64,000 nt of DNA, from assembly GCA_964630205.1 (NCBI GenBank), contig CAZVTM010000006.1, positions 8,022 through 72,021 on the forward strand, written 5' to 3'. The notes under the pieces are model-generated. The model ran no database searches. It saw only the letters and a program-made list of their open reading frames with translations, and was not told the origin of the DNA. Source of the stretch: an uncultured Helicobacter sp. Lineage in GTDB: Bacteria; Campylobacterota; Campylobacteria; Campylobacterales; UBA6016. Below, in pieces: positions 60,846 through 64,000 of this stretch; within the stretch, counting starts at the first letter, position 1; each line of letters begins with the position of its first letter. The position numbers and the translations under genes were made by a program.

Positions 60846-61784
60846 TTGGCTTTTTATTTAGATTTTGAAAAAAAGATACAACAACTTCAAGAAGAAATCG
60901 AGCTAAGCAGCGTAAAAAAAGATTTTCACGCTGCAGAAATACTAAAGCAGGAACTAGATAAAGAGGTTGTTAAGACATATAAAAATCTTAGCGACTACCA
61001 AAAGCTTCAACTCGCACGTCATCAAGACAGACCTTATGCTCTTGACTATATAGATTTAATAATGACGGACGCTTATGAAATTCATGGCGATAGGCATTTT
61101 AGAGATGATAGCTCCATAGTATGCTTCATAGGTAAAATTGGCGATGTAAAATGCGTCGTAATAGGTGAAGAAAAAGGGCGAGGAACAAAAAATAAAATTC
61201 AAAGAAACTTCGGTATGCCTCATCCGGAAGGTTATCGAAAAGCCCTACGCGCCGCAAAGCTAGCGGAAAAATTCAATCTCCCTATACTAATGCTAATAGA
61301 TACTCCGGGGGCATATCCTGGTCTTGGCGCAGAAGAGAGAGGCCAATCAGAGGCAATCGCAAGAAACCTTCTTGAGCTAAGCCAGCTTGAAACTACTACG
61401 ATATCGGTAGTAATAGGCGAAGGCGGCAGTGGCGGTGCGCTTGCGATAGGCGTAGCAGACAAACTAGCCATGATGAGATATAGCGTATTTAGCGTTATCT
61501 CTCCGGAAGGGTGTGCAGCCATACTTTGGAGTGATCCTGCAAAAGTAGAGACGGCTACAAGCGCCCTCAAAATAACCCCTGATGATTTAAAATCCATGAA
61601 TCTTATAGATGACATAGTGGATGAGCCTATCATAGGCGCCCATAGAGATAAAGAGGGTGCGGCAGAGGCAATAAAAAACTACTTTTTATCAAACGTTCAA
61701 GAACTTGGAAAACTAAGTTTGGATAAAAAACTCGAGAAGAGATATGCCAAGCTTATGGCGTTAGGTAGATTCGAAGAAAAATAA
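60846..61784 (+). CDS. accA: acetyl-CoA carboxylase carboxyltransferase alpha subunit
   Basis: Contains 'YLDFEKKI', '[13 protein letters not shown]' and 'IDTPGAYPG'. Confidence 0.95.
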   Translation: MAFYLDFEKKIQQLQEEIELSSVKKDFHAAEILKQELDKEVVKTYKNLSDYQKLQLARHQDRPYALDYIDLIMTDAYEIHGDRHFRDDSSIVCFIGKIGDVKCVVIGEEKGRGTKNKIQRNFGMPHPEGYRKALRAAKLAEKFNLPILMLIDTPGAYPGLGAEERGQSEAIARNLLELSQLETTTISVVIGEGGSGGALAIGVADKLAMMRYSVFSVISPEGCAAILWSDPAKVETATSALKITPDDLKSMNLIDDIVDEPIIGAHRDKEGAAEAIKNYFLSNVQELGKLSLDKKLEKRYAKLMALGRFEEK

Positions 61785-61791
61785 TATAAAA

Positions 61792-61812
61792 CCCGACCCA
61801 CTCAAGGTCGGG
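61792..61812. terminator. hairpin between convergent accA and the cytochrome gene
   Basis: cccgacc-N7-ggtcggg. Confidence 0.55.
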
Positions 61813-61828
61813 AAAGAAACTGGACTTC

Positions 61829-62239
61829 TTACTTCCAGCTTCTAATAATCACGTGACATGTATTACATGAGTTTAGAACTTTTCCGTAAGCCGTGAAAGC
61901 CTCTTCGTATTTGCCGGCTTCTAGTTTTTTAACCATTTCATTGGCATACTTATTTACTTTCTCACCCTCTTTTAGTGCTGTTTTATAAAGGGCTTTCTTC
62001 TCTTTAGGAAGATAATTTACAAGACCTTCCTTCAAAATAGCTACTTTATTTGAAGCCTTGAGAGCGGCTACGCCTTCTACAACTCCTGATTTTGAGTTAT
62101 AAAGAAGAGCTTTTTGGATAGAAGCCATAGCAGCCTCTTGAGCCGCCATATCTTTCATCAAAGCCACTTTGTCTTCAGCAAAAAGAACGGCCGGCAGCAT
62201 AATAGCTGCAGCCGATATAGTTAGTATTTTTTTAATCAT
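61829..62239 (-). CDS. class II c-type cytochrome (cytochrome c'-like four-helix bundle)
   Basis: It has a signal peptide and is helical. A single 'CNTCH' haem site lies 8 residues from the C-terminus. It starts 10 nt downstream of petC and has an AAGGGG SD. Confidence 0.6.
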   Translation of the reverse strand: MIKKILTISAAAIMLPAVLFAEDKVALMKDMAAQEAAMASIQKALLYNSKSGVVEGVAALKASNKVAILKEGLVNYLPKEKKALYKTALKEGEKVNKYANEMVKKLEAGKYEEAFTAYGKVLNSCNTCHVIIRSWK

Positions 62240-62249
62240 ATTTGACCCC

Positions 62250-63089
62250 TTAGTGTACTTCTTTGAATTTAGAAACTTTCCATAGGTATGTTATTACCGT
62301 AAGAATTGCAAAGTATCCTAGTATCCAAAGAGCTAGAGAATTTCTCTCGCCTTTTTTAGGATCACCTACTTTTTCAAGATGCTCGATTACTTTTGCTTGA
62401 GCCTCTTTTGTTAGACCTACTCTAGGCATTGCAGTACCGTGAAGAAGTTTTTGAGGATCATTAATGAAGCCGTCAAGATAATGTTCACCTTTTGATTTAA
62501 TCATTTGAGATAAATCAGGTGGATTTGAACCCATATACTCTTTTATTCTAGCATCAGTTGCGGCAAGTCTGGAAACACCCTCGTATTTAATAGAGTGACA
62601 TCTTACGCAAGCCTCTTCTGTAATTTGTTTTGCGCTCATATCTTTTGCTGCTATAGACGCAAGATAAGCGACTATACTTCCCGCATCTTCGGCAGATATA
62701 CCTAGTGCTGGCATTGCGTATTTACCAGGCTTAGCTTTTACCGTTCCTTCAGGGTTTTGGATAAAGTTTGCAAGGAAGTTGTGGTCATAAATCGCCGCAA
62801 CATTTGAAAGATCCGGTGGAACAACACCGTAAGTGTTAGCTGCGTCCGCATCGCTCATCGCAAGTTTAATGCCCTCTTTGTTTACTGAGTGGCAAGACGT
62901 ACACTGTGCAGCTACAAGTTCTTTACCTTTTGCCACATCGCCCGTCGTAGGTTGTTTTGGCAAATCTTTAAATGTGAAGTCCGCAGGAGCAACTTCAGGG
63001 TGCATTACGTGGTGTGCATAAGGCTCAACACCCCAGTAAGTAAGACCCACAAAGAATATTAGTACGACTAGTATTTTTAGTTCTCTCAT
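62250..63089 (-). CDS. petC: cytochrome bc1 complex dihaem cytochrome c subunit
   Basis: It has two haem sites, 'CTSCH' and 'CVRCH', and a C-terminal TM anchor. It follows petB. Confidence 0.85.
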   Translation of the reverse strand: MRELKILVVLIFFVGLTYWGVEPYAHHVMHPEVAPADFTFKDLPKQPTTGDVAKGKELVAAQCTSCHSVNKEGIKLAMSDADAANTYGVVPPDLSNVAAIYDHNFLANFIQNPEGTVKAKPGKYAMPALGISAEDAGSIVAYLASIAAKDMSAKQITEEACVRCHSIKYEGVSRLAATDARIKEYMGSNPPDLSQMIKSKGEHYLDGFINDPQKLLHGTAMPRVGLTKEAQAKVIEHLEKVGDPKKGERNSLALWILGYFAILTVITYLWKVSKFKEVH

Positions 63090-63092
63090 ACC

Positions 63093-64000
63093 CTAGCCTC
63101 TCTTTCTTTCGATTTTGGAAATTAATGGAAGCGCCACCAAAAGAAGCACTAGGAACGATACTGAAAATACGAAACCGATCCAAGCATTGATACCGGTAGG
63201 AGGAAGCTTACCGTAAACAGTTAGGCCTATCATAACAACGATTAGCGCCCAGAACCATACTCTAAATAGAGGTCTTTTGTGTGCAGGTTTTACACTTGGA
63301 TCTCTATCAAGCCAAGGAAGAACAAAGAATATTACGTTCGCTATACCAAACGCTACAAGACCAAGATTTGCACTAAAGAAGAAACCTCTAAGAACCTCAT
63401 AAGACCATAGGAAGTACCACTCCGGATAAATATGCGGAGGAGTTTTCATACTGTCAGCCGGCATAAAGTTGATTGGGTCCATCGCAAAATTAAAATGGAA
63501 GAATACAAGGTAGAAGAAGAAAATCATAAATCCAGATAGAACAAAGAAATCTTCAGCTAGGAATGTAGGCCAGAAAGGTATTACTTTTGAGCCTTTTTTA
63601 TCGCCTGCTTGGAATTTTGCAGCTTCAGCTTCAAAATCTATCTCTTCACCCTCTTGGTTGTTAACGTGAGGAATTCTAAGAGAGTACATATGAAGACCGA
63701 TAATTCCCATAATAATTAGAGGAAGTATCAATACGTGTAGAGCAAAAAATCTTGTCAGAGTGGCGTCAGCGACAACGTAGTTACCTCTAATCCAAATAAC
63801 AAGGTCAGCACCTATGAAAGGGATACCGCCAAATAGGTTTGTAATAACTTGCGCAGCCCAGTAGCTCATTTGACCCCATGGAAGCATATAGCCTGAGAAA
63901 CCTTCCGCAGAGAAAGTAACGAACAAAAGCATACCGCTTATCCATATCATCTCTCTACCGCCCTTATAGGAACCGTAGTAGATAGCTACAAACATATGTA
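63093..64000 (-). CDS. petB: cytochrome b of the bc1 complex (5' part beyond window end)
   Basis: Contains 'GYMLPWGQMSYWAAQVITNL' and 'RFFALHVLILP'. The frame is open to the window edge. Confidence 0.9.
   Translation of the reverse strand, partial: HMFVAIYYGSYKGGREMIWISGMLLFVTFSAEGFSGYMLPWGQMSYWAAQVITNLFGGIPFIGADLVIWIRGNYVVADATLTRFFALHVLILPLIIMGIIGLHMYSLRIPHVNNQEGEEIDFEAEAAKFQAGDKKGSKVIPFWPTFLAEDFFVLSGFMIFFFYLVFFHFNFAMDPINFMPADSMKTPPHIYPEWYFLWSYEVLRGFFFSANLGLVAFGIANVIFFVLPWLDRDPSVKPAHKRPLFRVWFWALIVVMIGLTVYGKLPPTGINAWIGFVFSVSFLVLLLVALPLISKIERKRG

Overview
This is a 64-kb chromosomal window from a Campylobacterota (epsilonproteobacterial) genome. Several gene orders match what I recall from Campylobacter: gyrA-flgP-flgQ-flgR-asd, trpS-serS-TPR protein (PflB-like), prmA-ftsH-psd-like-pssA, and a waaC/htrB-type LOS locus. 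The sequence looks more GC-rich than C. jejuni, so a non-jejuni Campylobacter-like organism is the best guess; this is inference with no database check. Most of the window is densely packed housekeeping: hisHA, ftsH, leuA, serS/trpS, groESL with a perfect CIRCE operator, nifSU, der, gyrA, asd, hemE, ubiD-like, four-subunit POR, murD/mraY, gpmI, fabG-acpP-fabF-accA, petBC and tRNA-Phe. The accessory or unusual content is as follows. (1) A lipooligosaccharide core locus at 1-11.4 kb has four GT9 genes, GT2, GT4, a GT11 fucosyltransferase and two NodB-type deacetylases. A decayed chemoreceptor gene and a three-gene mntA-hepT-HEPN-like module are embedded in it. (2) An AT-rich islet between trpS and groEL carries hicAB, an unannotated 26-codon hydrophobic peptide gene with its own extended -10 promoter (type-I-toxin-like), and a twice-frameshifted membrane-protein gene. 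(3) A PA2779-like/PA2778-like (C39-type peptidase-TPR lipoprotein) pair has a peptidase start codon that reads ATA inside what looks like a former ATGA stop/start overlap. (4) An OmpA-family gene carries three frameshifts. (5) FlgR has no DNA-binding domain, and two extra small lipoprotein genes sit ahead of flgP. (6) A class II (cytochrome c'-like) cytochrome gene is appended to the pet operon. No CRISPR array, transposase, integrase, rRNA or long phase-variable homopolymer was seen. All family assignments come from motif recognition by eye and need HMM/BLAST confirmation.
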